UHGV virus genome: UHGV-1374678
Source of the DNA: a virus
Reading direction: 5' to 3' (one strand)
DNA length: 64,000 nucleotides
Part shown: in pieces, positions 49,679 through 60,017 of the stretch
Layout of the letters: each line of letters starts with the position of its first letter
Numbering within the stretch: the first letter of the stretch is position 1
Made by a program: the position numbers and the translations under genes
The notes under the pieces: generated by a model
What the model was told of the DNA's origin: nothing
The model's input: the letters and a program-made list of their open reading frames with translations, nothing else
Databases searched by the model: none

Positions 49679-50864
49679 CTGTCAAGTCAATATTGTTGTC
49701 TTTTAAAAGGGCTTTTAAATCATAATTTTCCTTTAAAAGAATTCTTGATTTTTCTTCGTTTTCATCAGATTTTTTCTTGTATTTGTTTATTAGCTCACGT
49801 TGCTGTATAATCATGTCGTTATAATCATTTTCATCTAATCTAATTTGCTTAATAATTGCAGCATCACTGATTTCAGCAACTTGTTTTAGTCCATCTGAGT
49901 ATTCAATGTCATACAAATTTGTTTCAGCCTCTGCCAAATTCATTTCTTTCATTTTTCGTACTTTCCCCGTCCATGTATTTTCTCCCTTAGATGCGTTTAC
50001 AGAGTGTTTCAAACTAATTCCGTTATCTTTTGCTAAATTTAATACAGATGCAGTAATCTTATTCTTTGTTACTTCAAGGTTTTTTATAGTTGCAATATTC
50101 TTTTCCATATTTTGAACATCGGACATTAATGTAGTGATAACATTGTTAATTTTTTCTATATGATTAAAACTTTTTACAATTTCTATAGATGACGAAGTTT
50201 TTAATCTATCTTCGTTTGCATCTTCGCTGGAATCTAAATATCCTATTAAACTGGCATATAGGTAAGGTTGATCAGACGGCTGTTCTTTTTCGAACGGATC
50301 ATACCCAAGTAAACGAATAGTATCTTTTTTATTTTGCTTAAATGTTTCTAAGATTTCATCATTTACAGTAGAAGAAGTTGTTTTGTCGTTTTCGTTGCTT
50401 ATTTTTATAGAATTATTTTTTTGAAAATAAAAATCACTGTCAGAAAAAGTTTTACAGTTATATTGTCCCATGGCTACGTTTTTGATATATGCAGCCCATG
50501 GATTTGATTTTATTCTTCCAGACGCTAAATTATCTGATTCTGAGACGCTGGAATCCCATAAATCATTTAAAAAAGGCTTATCCAAATATTTAAGAGCCAA
50601 TATAACAGACTCTTTGTCGGGTTCGTGTTCTACTTTGTCTTTCCCAACTTTAAGAGCTATTTTTTTTGCACATTCCTTGCATATTGGTGTAATTCCACTT
50701 TTATTTAATGGGTCAGTACTTACATAAAATTTATCTCTTGTTTTGTGTGTATTACAAAGATAGCACCACGCTCCATCTTTCAATGCGTTTACCTTGTCTT
50801 CGAGTCTGGAAATTTTTGCTTTCATTTGTGCAGCCGTCAATTTAGCTGTTCCATCCGTAGCCAA
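49662..50864 (-). CDS. Terminase small subunit candidate (400 aa) with zinc ribbon
   Basis: Overlaps the terminase large-subunit start by 17 nt (translational coupling). CYLCNTHK...CKEC zinc ribbon. Confidence 0.4.
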   Translation of the reverse strand: MATDGTAKLTAAQMKAKISRLEDKVNALKDGAWCYLCNTHKTRDKFYVSTDPLNKSGITPICKECAKKIALKVGKDKVEHEPDKESVILALKYLDKPFLNDLWDSSVSESDNLASGRIKSNPWAAYIKNVAMGQYNCKTFSDSDFYFQKNNSIKISNENDKTTSSTVNDEILETFKQNKKDTIRLLGYDPFEKEQPSDQPYLYASLIGYLDSSEDANEDRLKTSSSIEIVKSFNHIEKINNVITTLMSDVQNMEKNIATIKNLEVTKNKITASVLNLAKDNGISLKHSVNASKGENTWTGKVRKMKEMNLAEAETNLYDIEYSDGLKQVAEISDAAIIKQIRLDENDYNDMIIQQRELINKYKKKSDENEEKSRILLKENYDLKALLKDNNIDLTGDAND

Positions 50865-50897
50865 TTAGCAGCCACCTCCTTTAAATCCAATAACAGA

Positions 50898-52130
50898 TTA
50901 AGCACTCTCTGCAATAGCAACGAGAGTGCTTTCTAAATACTCTATGTAATCGTAGTTAATATTAATTTGTAAATTATTTGTTGTGAACCATTCAGTAAAT
51001 TCACCATTGTCAATTCTATCTATAAAATCTAAAAAATTATATGGAGAAAATCCAGTATATCCATAATTATCATGAAATAGTTTATGCACTTCTTTATTAA
51101 TACAAGCTCCATACCCATAGATTGTATGCAATTCTTTAAGTTTACATCTGAGCAGCATGAAGTCATTCTTTTCATAATCACATACTTGCTGTTTTACCTC
51201 AATTCCAGTCAACTCAAAAACTTCATCCACAATATCTCTAAAAGCAGTTGTATGATGTATATTATGAAAACCACCACCAGTAATTACACATTTGTAATTG
51301 CAAAATTTCATCGAATCATTAGTCCAGTCTTTTGTATCAGAACGAAGCTCTTTATATGTAGAGAGAATTCCACCTTTCCAACGCCCATTAAGTTCGCCAT
51401 ATAAAGGATTGATGTGCCTTGGGTTATTATCACTAGACCACTCGCCTTTTATTCCTTTACATTGTTCGGGACTTCTTTTCCTACCTTTCCACCAACCGTC
51501 ATGAGTCTTATAATATTCTTTACGAGCTATAGAAATTTTACGACATGTTTCTGGTGATATAATTCTACCTTTTAACTTTTCACTATTTTTTAAACGTCTT
51601 GAGACATTGGCTCTGTGTTTTGCTTCGCAATTTTTACCTACTAATCCAAGAATGCCAGCACGACATTCTATTGATCTAATTGTTCTATTAGGAAAGAATA
51701 GATTGTGTAATTCTTCTCCGGTAAAATTTTTATAGTTTTCATACATTAACTTATCTTCGTGTTCTGACCATTTTTCAAATACTGTATAGTTAGGGTCTAA
51801 GAACCCAGCTTCTTTTTTATTGCACTCTCTACAAACGCTCCTCAGTCCGTCTTTACATGATAAATCAATTGAAAAATACAATTTATTATTTGGTAAATCA
51901 CGCCCACAATTTTTACAATGTCGAGTACCCGGATAGAACAAATCTTTCCCTTTATTTTTTTCGATTGTTTTTAAACGTTTCTCTTTACTTATTTTAGCTT
52001 GACATGTTTTACATACAGAACTTAATCTGCCTAGTTTTTTGTTAGCATAAGTAAAATATTCATTAGTATTTGGATATTCTTTATTGCATTTTGTGCAAGT
52101 TCTTATTTTAGAATCTATACTTGTCCCCAT
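50898..52130 (-). CDS. HNH endonuclease with multiple zinc-ribbon/NUMOD-like DNA-binding modules (410 aa)
   Basis: Repeated CxxC pairs (CTKCNK...CKTCQ...CKNCGR...CRECNK). C-terminal HNIHHTTAFRD...ACINKEVHKLFH HNH-type motif. Adjacent to the terminase genes. Confidence 0.55.
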   Translation of the reverse strand: MGTSIDSKIRTCTKCNKEYPNTNEYFTYANKKLGRLSSVCKTCQAKISKEKRLKTIEKNKGKDLFYPGTRHCKNCGRDLPNNKLYFSIDLSCKDGLRSVCRECNKKEAGFLDPNYTVFEKWSEHEDKLMYENYKNFTGEELHNLFFPNRTIRSIECRAGILGLVGKNCEAKHRANVSRRLKNSEKLKGRIISPETCRKISIARKEYYKTHDGWWKGRKRSPEQCKGIKGEWSSDNNPRHINPLYGELNGRWKGGILSTYKELRSDTKDWTNDSMKFCNYKCVITGGGFHNIHHTTAFRDIVDEVFELTGIEVKQQVCDYEKNDFMLLRCKLKELHTIYGYGACINKEVHKLFHDNYGYTGFSPYNFLDFIDRIDNGEFTEWFTTNNLQININYDYIEYLESTLVAIAESA

Positions 52131-52458
52131 GTGTATATCCCATTATCTCCAACCTCCTTATATAACCTAGCGAACAATAATTTAAAAGAGCAGAAGAGTG
52201 GCGAGGTTAGAATAACCACATACAAACTGGTAGCTACTCCAAGTTTGCTTCTACTCTTGAATAGTCACGTCCCACCGACAGAACAACAAACGCCAAATCG
52301 TTTATGACTACATTTATTTATTCTCTAAATTCTAAAAATCCACTTGTAAAAATTGAGAGTCTTTGTATTACTTTTAACTCTTTTATAAAACGCTGTGGCA
52401 AGTTTTATCTTTATAGTTCTTCTTTATTTGTGGATCGAAGCAAATCCTTACATCCTTA

Positions 52459-55032
52459 TTATTCTCCATATATCGCAAACACTGGACGAATACCGTATGT
52501 GCTCGTGGCGGCATCATTACTTGCATCTCCATATTGTGAAACTAAAGCATATGTTTGCGAACTTGATACGTTTCGCAACCAGTAGTTCGTACCGATTACC
52601 TTCAACTCAGGCACAAGCCGGAACAGTGCCAACTGCTGCGTATCAGATGTCTGCCTATTATTGTTGTCGGTACAAATATATGTACCATGCACCATTACTT
52701 CATTCATGAGATCCACGGACGCATTTATCCAAGCTCCATCGGAAAACATTCTATGTGATATCAGTATATTTTTAAATGCGTCCGGCAGCGAGTTAGCTAT
52801 TTGATTTAACCGTGCATTTTTCATCGTCGAACTGTTGTAGCCGCCTGATGTACTGTTGCTTGTATGCATCTGTCCGCTCCCTAATATAGTATCCGGGACT
52901 ATTAATATATGGGGTTTTTGTACTGATTCTGGATAACCTACATTTCGCCAGTAATTAATGTCTGCTATCCGGTATCGCACCCCATTTATCTCCCAGTAGT
53001 CACCGACGTATAAATCGTCAAAGCTTCCATCACGGATTGCAGCTAATTGTTCTTCTGTGATTGACTCTCCCAAGGATTTTCCCCGGAAGATGTTCCGATG
53101 CATATAAGGATTGTCAAGTAGTGACTTAAGTATTGCTCCGATTGGTATTGTGTTGTCACCATAGTGCACTGTTACATCACCTGCATACTCAGCGTTGCCG
53201 TCCCAATCGACTGTATGTATGTTTTTTCGGTTATTAGCGTCTGTGCCTCCACCTACAATATGGGCATACTTGCCATCTGCATCCTCCACATTGTACTTGC
53301 CCTGTACGTGCTGGTATTTACATGATGCAATTGTACCACCACCCTCTGCGTGAGTGGCTGTCTGATTTGCGACCGTAGCAAACCCCTCGGCATGAGAGCA
53401 TTGACCGTTAGCTTGCGTTCCATAATTCTGAGCATTAGCCATGCTTGCGGTAGCTTTTGAGTTGTACCCAGATGCATGGGAGTAGCTGCCTGTCGCATAT
53501 GTATTATACCCCTCGCTATGTGCTGCTTGACCACTGGCTGTAGTGCCGTAGCCTTCTCCATGAGCATATTTGTTCGACGCAATTGTTCCCGCACCACCCT
53601 CGGCATGAGAGCCACGTCCTGTTGCTTTTGTCAGTTCTCCCTCTGCGAAACTGTACTGTCCAGATGCTTCTACGTCATACCCAAAAGCTATACTTTTCTC
53701 TCCAACTGTTGTGACTGTTTTTCTTCCAAAACTAACAGACCAGTCTGCTGATAGATACTTACTGTCATTCTCAAGCTGACCTACTTTTGTCGGGATAGAA
53801 GATTGTACATTTTGTAAATTTTCTTGTAATGATTCTATATTAGTTTTATTGGAATTAATTTGACTCTTATGTGATTCATAATCGGTAACGAAATCATCAG
53901 TAGAAAATGACTTTATATCTGCAAAAGAAGTTTTTTTTACTTTTTGTTCTTCATTGTCCCAAAGAGGTATAACGTCATTTTCATTAATCGTCTCTTTCAT
54001 TGGATAATCATTAAAGGTCTTTCCAATCATTTTTATCATTTCAGAACCTGCACTATTAACCTCACTGATTGCTGATTCTTTGGCGGAAGAAAGAACTTTT
54101 ATGCTCTCATCATTTTGATTTTTTATAGATTGTAGCGATTCGTTTTTGGACGATGTGATTTCGGAAATAGAGTTATTTTTTAATTCATTAATAGAAGACA
54201 AACATTCATTGCCTGCCTGCGTCAGAACTGTCTTGTGCGAATTAAAATCGGAAGTGTATTGATTTGTGAAATTAGAAATATCAGATGCTATAGATTCAGA
54301 TTTTGATTCAACTTCATTTTTAATCAAATTAATTGATTCATATTTCTCGGCTATATCTGATGCCTTTTGTGTAATATCTGTTGCAAGATCTTCAACTTGC
54401 TGTTTGTTGCTTTCTATTTTGGAATTTATATCTTCGATTGAAGAGAAATTGTCTTTGACTGTTTCTTGAATATTTTGTAATTCTTCGAAAATATTATCTA
54501 TTGATTGTTTTACATTATCTACATGTTCTCTGTCAGCAGAAGCAGAGCTTGCATTTTCATCTGCGACAATTGCAGCGTTTTCTAGTCTGTCTTGAGCAAT
54601 CCTTAATGCTTCCAACATTTCATCAATTGCTGGGCTTTCAACTTTTTCAATTTCAGATTCATCTAAAAAATTATCTCTAACAATTATTCTTCCAAAAGTG
54701 TTACTAACATATGTAACCTTACTTTGGTCAATATTGTTGTCTTCAATTTCATAATCGTCATCAGTGGCAATCAAAAGCAATTTCCATTTTCCTGGATAGG
54801 CACTGATCTTTGATGTAATAACAACTTCACTATTTATAATTGGTTCAATGTAATACTTTTTTGTTACCGGATTGAGTAGAGCAATATACTTTCTTCCAGT
54901 AATCCCCTCATCAAGAGAAAAAATTAATTTAGATATCTTATTGTCGTATTTATTAACGACTATTTTCCCATTATCATTATCACATGACAATTCTTTTCCA
55001 ATCTGTGTAATTGTATTTGTTATATATTCCAT
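52459..55032 (-). CDS. Tail-fibre-like protein (857 aa) with coiled coil and tandem SHAEG/GYxT Gly-rich repeats
   Basis: Central heptad region. Repeats GSHAEGGAGT/AAHSEGYNT/YSHASGYNS/CSHAEGFAT/ATHAEGGGT. Located between the integrase and the packaging module. Confidence 0.45.
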   Translation of the reverse strand: MEYITNTITQIGKELSCDNDNGKIVVNKYDNKISKLIFSLDEGITGRKYIALLNPVTKKYYIEPIINSEVVITSKISAYPGKWKLLLIATDDDYEIEDNNIDQSKVTYVSNTFGRIIVRDNFLDESEIEKVESPAIDEMLEALRIAQDRLENAAIVADENASSASADREHVDNVKQSIDNIFEELQNIQETVKDNFSSIEDINSKIESNKQQVEDLATDITQKASDIAEKYESINLIKNEVESKSESIASDISNFTNQYTSDFNSHKTVLTQAGNECLSSINELKNNSISEITSSKNESLQSIKNQNDESIKVLSSAKESAISEVNSAGSEMIKMIGKTFNDYPMKETINENDVIPLWDNEEQKVKKTSFADIKSFSTDDFVTDYESHKSQINSNKTNIESLQENLQNVQSSIPTKVGQLENDSKYLSADWSVSFGRKTVTTVGEKSIAFGYDVEASGQYSFAEGELTKATGRGSHAEGGAGTIASNKYAHGEGYGTTASGQAAHSEGYNTYATGSYSHASGYNSKATASMANAQNYGTQANGQCSHAEGFATVANQTATHAEGGGTIASCKYQHVQGKYNVEDADGKYAHIVGGGTDANNRKNIHTVDWDGNAEYAGDVTVHYGDNTIPIGAILKSLLDNPYMHRNIFRGKSLGESITEEQLAAIRDGSFDDLYVGDYWEINGVRYRIADINYWRNVGYPESVQKPHILIVPDTILGSGQMHTSNSTSGGYNSSTMKNARLNQIANSLPDAFKNILISHRMFSDGAWINASVDLMNEVMVHGTYICTDNNNRQTSDTQQLALFRLVPELKVIGTNYWLRNVSSSQTYALVSQYGDASNDAATSTYGIRPVFAIYGE

Positions 55033-55160
55033 TTTTATTTATCACCGTCCTTTTAGTTTCCAAAATGATTAGAACCGACAAAAGCCGGTAATTTCTTATT
55101 TCTACGCAACAAAAAAGAGCCAATATCATTGACTCTTTTGATTCGTTATTTATTTGAATA

Positions 55161-55241
55161 CCTCATTTGAGATTCGAACTCAGATACCGAAAACCGATAT
55201 CAGTAATTACAAAAATTACTCCTCCACAAGGATTAATGAGG
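55161..55241 (-). tRNA. tRNA-like element (81 nt) with a long variable arm. The anticodon loop is non-canonical, so it may be a pseudo-tRNA or att-associated.
   Basis: 7-bp acceptor CCTCATT/AATGAGG. D-arm TCCT-TGTGG-AGGA. Anticodon-arm GTAAT-TTTTGTA-ATTAC. 7-bp variable-arm helix GATATCG/CGGTATC. T-loop TTCGAAT. Confidence 0.35.
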
Positions 55242-55410
55242 TGCAGCAGGAGAGTAGTACTACCCTCCACAGAAGTAGCGAAACTTCTTTTTAATGGTTC
55301 ACATTTTATGGCAGTGAAGTACCAGACCGCACAGCAGTCACATTCAAATTCAGACTTGGTACAAGTACCATTTATAATAAAAATCTATGATGATTTTTGT
55401 TCTTTAGATA

Positions 55411-56466
55411 TTAGATACCAAACATTGAATTAATTGTATCTTCTGAGTGATCTTTCAAATAACTCTGTGTGGTACTCACATCAGAATGATGTGCAAACAC
55501 TTGGATTTGTTCAAGAGGATACTTTCTTGGTTGACCATTTTCGTCAAGCAATCTTTCATCAGTGCCTTGCGCAAGACATTCTAATCTTGAATGTCTCATT
55601 GTGTGAGTAAATATATTACACTGCTCACCACGTACTTCAGATAAAATCTTTGAAATACTTACTATTCTTCCGTATAGTACGTTAGGATCAGAAATAGGCT
55701 CTTTATTTTCTCCAGAACCTTTAATCCATAATGAATCAATATTGTCTTCTCCACGCCATTCAAGATACTTTCTTATAAGCTCTTTTGTGTCATCTAAGTA
55801 AACAAGCGGAAACTTTTTACCTCTTTTACCAATGACAACATTAGTCTTATTCCCATCAAGAAGCCCATGCTTTTCAACTTGAAATAATTCATTTTTTCTT
55901 CCTGCTGAATCAAATCCCAAGCTCCATAATACAGCTAATTGCCATTTTTCTTTTTCTACTAATATATCCCTTACTTTTATAAACTCTTCATATGTAAAGA
56001 AAAAGTCATCCTCATCATCCTTTACACGAGATTTTGGTATTCCTTTAACTTTCTTTGCATAGTTGATTTCATATTCATAATCATCATCTTCTTCGCAAAA
56101 TGTAAGAAGACTATTTATTGCGCTTTTAAGTCTATTTGTTCTAGCAGCAGACATTTCACATTCTTCTGTAAAATATAAACTAAGACCTCTAAAATCTTTT
56201 TTCTTCAAATCTAAAACACAACGATTGTCTAGCTCTAAAAGTATATATATCATAATAATTCTAAGGTCATTATAATATCCTGCAATAGTTCCCTTGCTCT
56301 TTTTTCTCTGTTTATATTCTGCTAAAAAATCATCAAGGATTCTTTTGTTTTCTTTATTTACCTGTTCCCATAATTCAGGAGTGTAAAAATTATGGTAGAT
56401 TCTACCTCTTTCCGCCAATTCGTCACTTCCTTTCAAAAATAAAAAAGAAGCTAGATAGTAGTACAA
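55411..56466 (-). CDS. Tyrosine integrase/recombinase (351 aa)
   Basis: Conserved R (AGRKNEL), HxxR (FTHTMRHS) and a C-terminal AHHSDVSTTQSYL with the catalytic Tyr. Confidence 0.85.
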   Translation of the reverse strand: MYYYLASFLFLKGSDELAERGRIYHNFYTPELWEQVNKENKRILDDFLAEYKQRKKSKGTIAGYYNDLRIIMIYILLELDNRCVLDLKKKDFRGLSLYFTEECEMSAARTNRLKSAINSLLTFCEEDDDYEYEINYAKKVKGIPKSRVKDDEDDFFFTYEEFIKVRDILVEKEKWQLAVLWSLGFDSAGRKNELFQVEKHGLLDGNKTNVVIGKRGKKFPLVYLDDTKELIRKYLEWRGEDNIDSLWIKGSGENKEPISDPNVLYGRIVSISKILSEVRGEQCNIFTHTMRHSRLECLAQGTDERLLDENGQPRKYPLEQIQVFAHHSDVSTTQSYLKDHSEDTINSMFGI

Positions 56467-56547
56467 CTAAGCAACTTCTTTCAAATAACTTATATAACTT
56501 AACAATACTTATTTATTCTCCACACAACAATGCAGAAAAATATAAAG

Positions 56548-56620
56548 CAGACCGTTTAGGACTCGAACCTAAATAAACAGTTTTGGAGACTGTCATGTTA
56601 GCCAATTACATTAACGATCT
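56548..56620 (-). tRNA. tRNA-Trp (anticodon CCA), 73 nt, AT-rich. Likely phage-type or the integration target.
   Basis: Hand-folded cloverleaf: acceptor AGATCGT/ACGGTCT (one G.U), D-arm ATGT-AATTGGCTA-ACAT, anticodon arm ACAGT-CTCCAAA-ACTGT (U33, CCA, A37), 4-nt variable, T-arm TTAGG-TTCGAGT-CCTAA, discriminator G. Confidence 0.7.
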
Positions 56621-56713
56621 ATACGCAGCACATTGCACTCGAAGAAAATACGAATTAACGTACACATTACTTAGCAGGTAAGTTCCAGACCTTCTGGATT
56701 TATGCTGCAAAAA

Positions 56714-56738
56714 TGGATAGCGTAGGAATCGAACCTAC
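56714..56738 (-). other. Orphan tRNA 3' fragment (T-arm GTAGG-TTCGATT-CCTAC plus acceptor 3' strand)
   Basis: Perfect T-arm consensus with no foldable 5' half upstream. Sequence differs from both nearby tRNAs. Confidence 0.4.
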
Positions 56739-56813
56739 AATCTGACCAAACCTACCCACATAAAAAGAGCCTGTAAGCATATTCACCTACAAGCCCTTCC
56801 CTCGTAATTAAAT

Positions 56814-57413
56814 TTATACGCCAAAGATATCTAAAAGTCTTTTCAACGTATATACATCAATAGTATCTGTAGAATAATAGCTGTAACTAGAACAGCCATG
56901 ATCATCACTCTGAGTTACTGTAAAACCATGCATACCGTCATCTTCATGAGCAATAGAAATGTTCATATCATCTTTATCATCCATATGACAGTTTTCACAA
57001 TCTCCATTGCATTCTACTTCATCCTCATCATCTTCGATATGGACTTCGTACATTACCGTATCTTTATCATAAGCAGATGTAGCTTTGTGATTTACATTAT
57101 CCATGAAATAAGCAATGGTAGCACCTGAGCCTGGATACTTTCCATTAACTTTTGCTCTTTCGCAATAAATCTCATTGCCAATAACAGCAATGCTAAACTC
57201 ACCATTATATCCGTCAAATGCTGGATCAACAAGTTCTACCTGTGCAATTTCATAACCATAGAAGACAAGCTCTCTAATAATCACTCTTGCCTCATCATAA
57301 TTAGCAACAATTTCTGCATATGTATAAGTATCTCTAAGGTCATTCACAATATCATTATAGATTTCACAGAATTCTTCTACGCAACACACATCAATTTTCT
57401 TCAATAAAAGCAC
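56814..57413 (-). CDS. Highly acidic Cys-containing protein (199 aa); possible DNA-mimic or anti-restriction-type protein
   Basis: Asp/Glu-rich throughout (IEDDEDEVECNGDCENCHMDDKDD). Functional call is speculative. Confidence 0.4.
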   Translation of the reverse strand: MLLLKKIDVCCVEEFCEIYNDIVNDLRDTYTYAEIVANYDEARVIIRELVFYGYEIAQVELVDPAFDGYNGEFSIAVIGNEIYCERAKVNGKYPGSGATIAYFMDNVNHKATSAYDKDTVMYEVHIEDDEDEVECNGDCENCHMDDKDDMNISIAHEDDGMHGFTVTQSDDHGCSSYSYYSTDTIDVYTLKRLLDIFGV

Positions 57414-57424
57414 ATCCCTTCAAA

Positions 57425-57706
57425 TTATGAATTCTTAATTGCTTCTTTGAATGCTTTGCCTGCTTTAAATTTTGGAATCTTAGAAGCTGGAATGCTAATT
57501 TCCTCGCCTGTCTGTGGGTTTCTACCGACACGAGCAGCTCTTTCTGTCGTCTCAAAACTACCAAATCCAACAAAAGATACCTTCTCTCCTGCGACGAGTG
57601 CGTCTGTCAGAACTTTCTGTGCCGCATCAAGAATTTCTGCAACTTCTTTCTGTGTATAATTCTCTACATTCTTTGTAATTTCTCTAATAAAACTTGTCTT
57701 ATTCAT
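57425..57706 (-). CDS. hup: DNA-binding protein HU (histone-like, HU/IHF family), 93 aa
   Basis: MNKTSFIREI...GFGSFETTERAARVGRNPQTGEEISIPASKIPKFKAGKAFKEA is the canonical HU fold signature. True start MNKTSF has an AGGAGA RBS. An in-frame TAG lies just upstream of the longer track ORF. Confidence 0.85.
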   Translation of the reverse strand: MNKTSFIREITKNVENYTQKEVAEILDAAQKVLTDALVAGEKVSFVGFGSFETTERAARVGRNPQTGEEISIPASKIPKFKAGKAFKEAIKNS

Positions 57707-57739
57707 TTTAAAAATCTCCTTTTTCTCATATAATTTCAT

Positions 57740-58205
57740 AACAAAAGAGGGTAGCAGCTACGAAGAGTCTACTCCCTCATTTTCGGCTTCGTCAGCCAAA
57801 TAATACATGTCCCGTCCTGAGATCATGTTCCTTTGTCTTTATATATAGCTGCCCACTCCAATAATCGTACACGATCGAGAGTTTGATGGGGTAGAAGTGA
57901 GCAGTTAGTTGCTTAATCTAAAATTTTATGGTACTATATAAATCGTAGGAATTCTCCTACATTCAGGTCATCAGTTTTTCCAAAGATTTTAAATCTACCG
58001 GAAAGGCAGGTGATTACATATGGCTAGTTTTTACTCTCTGACACTCCAACGGCTAAAGATCGTTGGGTTCTCATATACATGAACTTCCAAATATACTCGA
58101 AAGCATATAAGACTAATTCATTTCTATGAGACTTTCATTATCAATCACTCCAATGAGTGAATTAGCGATAGCATACGGCTCATGTCAAAACCGTTTTATA
58201 AAATT
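57740..58205 (-). ncRNA. Noncoding 3' flank of tnpB (about 465 nt); candidate right-end/omega-RNA-like region
   Basis: No ORF. Hairpins (GTAGGAGAATTCCTAC). Contains CGAGAGTTTGAT (plus 57876-57887), the inverted counterpart of a motif in the 5' flank. Confidence 0.3.
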
Positions 58206-59690
58206 TTAAATTCCCATACTACTTAAAGTATCTATACTGCTTAATCTCTGTATCTCTATATCATGCAGCTTTTTAAAGTTATCAAATCTATCATTGCATT
58301 TTTTTATATCGAAACTCTTTAAATCATCTGAAATATTCATTATTAGAAAAGCACTATATAAATCTCTTTGAATCTTTACATCGTTTAAATCATTCCATCT
58401 CTGTGACAGGGATTTCTTGTGATATTCTCCTGTCATATGATTGAATTGACTCGCTTTTGCACTAAATGTATCAATCTCGATGAGCTTTTCTCCAAAATAA
58501 CCTAACTTCCTATTTATAATAGTTAACAACATGCTTGGCGCTTTATTTGCTAAAGATTTACCAAAACGTTTCTTTCTTTTAAATCTTCCTTTATCATTTT
58601 TCTCGGTATTTTTAGCACGTTTTTGAAGTCCCGCAAAATTCATTTTTTCAACATATATTTTGTTTCCAAGGGATACAATATAATTTGACAGACATTCGTG
58701 TTGATATTTCCGTACATCTGCTTGTTTTCTATATAATTCCTTCAGTTGATTTTGATATTTTACATAATGATTTGATTTATTCCAAAAAACTTTTTTACTT
58801 CCTTGTTTTCTGACTGTTCCATCTTCATTATAATTTTCCAAATTGGTAGCTCGTCTACTGCGATCCATTTTTCTCAATAAACGATGCTTTTCATCTTCAA
58901 TATTCTGCACTTTATCAGCAAGAATAAGAAGTTTAACATCTGTATTGCTAGAAATTGCAATGGTGGAAGTGCCAATGTCTAAACCAACATCACCTTCACC
59001 TAAAAAGTGTTTGATTTTGCCGGTTTCTTTATTAAATTTTATTGGTTGAGTTCCCTTAAAAACTACTTGGACATAGAATTTATATTTGTTACGAACAAAT
59101 TTTCTAACGATGCGACAATAAGAAATTTCAGATTGCATTGCCTGGTATTCATACGGATTGTTCCAGTCAATAACAACTGGAATATTTAATCCGTTCCATA
59201 TCAGATGTTCATTTACAAAACGAATACCAGTATAATTAGATTTTCCTTCTAATGAATTCATATCTCCGTATTTCTTATAATAAACTCGTTTACCATTTCC
59301 ATAAAATAGCTTATCATAAGACTTCCAGAGAGTAGTAGCAATCTTCTGAGCAGTAAAAGAATCAATATTTTTCTTAAAATGTTTTTGCATTTCTTTTACA
59401 TCGGCGTGAAGTGAATATTCGGTCAAACCGTATTCTTTTCGCATCTGACCAATATGTTTCCAAATCGGTTTATCAGATTTTTTATTTCCAGTTAACATTG
59501 ACATTAGACTTCTATATTTCTTCGTTTTAATCATTTCTTTGTATCTCTTTTGAGAAACGGTCACTAAAGAATTATAAATTTTTCTTCCAATTTCAAAACG
59601 TTTATTCAAAATATCTTCTTGATATTTTTCTGTTCTTAATGGAAACTGAACTACGAAATTTGCCATAATATTCACCTTTCTGTTTGACAT
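58206..59690 (-). CDS. tnpB: TnpB (IS200/IS605 OrfB-family RNA-guided nuclease homologue), 494 aa, lacking the zinc-finger cysteines
   Basis: N-terminus FVVQFPLRTEKYQEDILNKRFEIGRKIYN (OrfB N-domain). RuvC-I GLDIG. RuvC-II YVEKMNFAGLQK. RuvC-III QRDLYSAFLI. No CxxC...CxxC between RuvC-II and RuvC-III. Confidence 0.8.
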   Translation of the reverse strand: MSNRKVNIMANFVVQFPLRTEKYQEDILNKRFEIGRKIYNSLVTVSQKRYKEMIKTKKYRSLMSMLTGNKKSDKPIWKHIGQMRKEYGLTEYSLHADVKEMQKHFKKNIDSFTAQKIATTLWKSYDKLFYGNGKRVYYKKYGDMNSLEGKSNYTGIRFVNEHLIWNGLNIPVVIDWNNPYEYQAMQSEISYCRIVRKFVRNKYKFYVQVVFKGTQPIKFNKETGKIKHFLGEGDVGLDIGTSTIAISSNTDVKLLILADKVQNIEDEKHRLLRKMDRSRRATNLENYNEDGTVRKQGSKKVFWNKSNHYVKYQNQLKELYRKQADVRKYQHECLSNYIVSLGNKIYVEKMNFAGLQKRAKNTEKNDKGRFKRKKRFGKSLANKAPSMLLTIINRKLGYFGEKLIEIDTFSAKASQFNHMTGEYHKKSLSQRWNDLNDVKIQRDLYSAFLIMNISDDLKSFDIKKCNDRFDNFKKLHDIEIQRLSSIDTLSSMGI

Positions 59691-59699
59691 CTTTTCTTT

Positions 59700-60017
59700 T
59701 TATTCTCCACATTCTCCTTGATTGTTTCGCTACAAATATTACCAGCAGTTGAAACAAAATATCAATATGTACATTTATTTAATTATTTTTTTTGTTATCT
59801 ATCTCACACCTAAAGGAGTGGCTTTTCGCTTTATTTGTTATAAAAACACCTGTGTACGTTCATGCGTACTGGCGTTTCCGTCTTGGTAGATGGGAACATG
59901 TCCGGGCGCATTGGAGAGCACTCCCACGCTGCTAAAAGCAAATGTGCTCCTTGCAACGCCCAGATGGGATCAACTCTCGTTGAATTTCAATTCTAGGTAA
60001 CTGATGACCATTATCAT
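59700..60017 (-). ncRNA. Structured noncoding element A (5' flank of tnpB); group-I-ribozyme-like or IS left-end RNA, homologue of element B
   Basis: GC-rich. Nested stems (GGGCG...CGCCC enclosing GGAGCAC...GTGCTCC). Hairpin GGGAGUGCUCUCC parallels the GGGAGUGCAAGUCUCCC hairpin preceding P7 in the tape-measure intron. Shares a block with element B. Confidence 0.35.

Noticed and set aside
56690-56800. A complete third tRNA around the perfect T-arm at 56714-56738
   Set aside because: No 5' acceptor strand, D-arm or anticodon arm could be folded upstream. Reported only as a 3' fragment.
57707-57739. N-terminal extension MKLYEKKEIFK of the HU ORF
   Set aside because: The canonical HU start MNKTSF has an AGGAGA RBS at the right spacing. 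The extension overlaps that RBS and an in-frame TAG lies immediately upstream.
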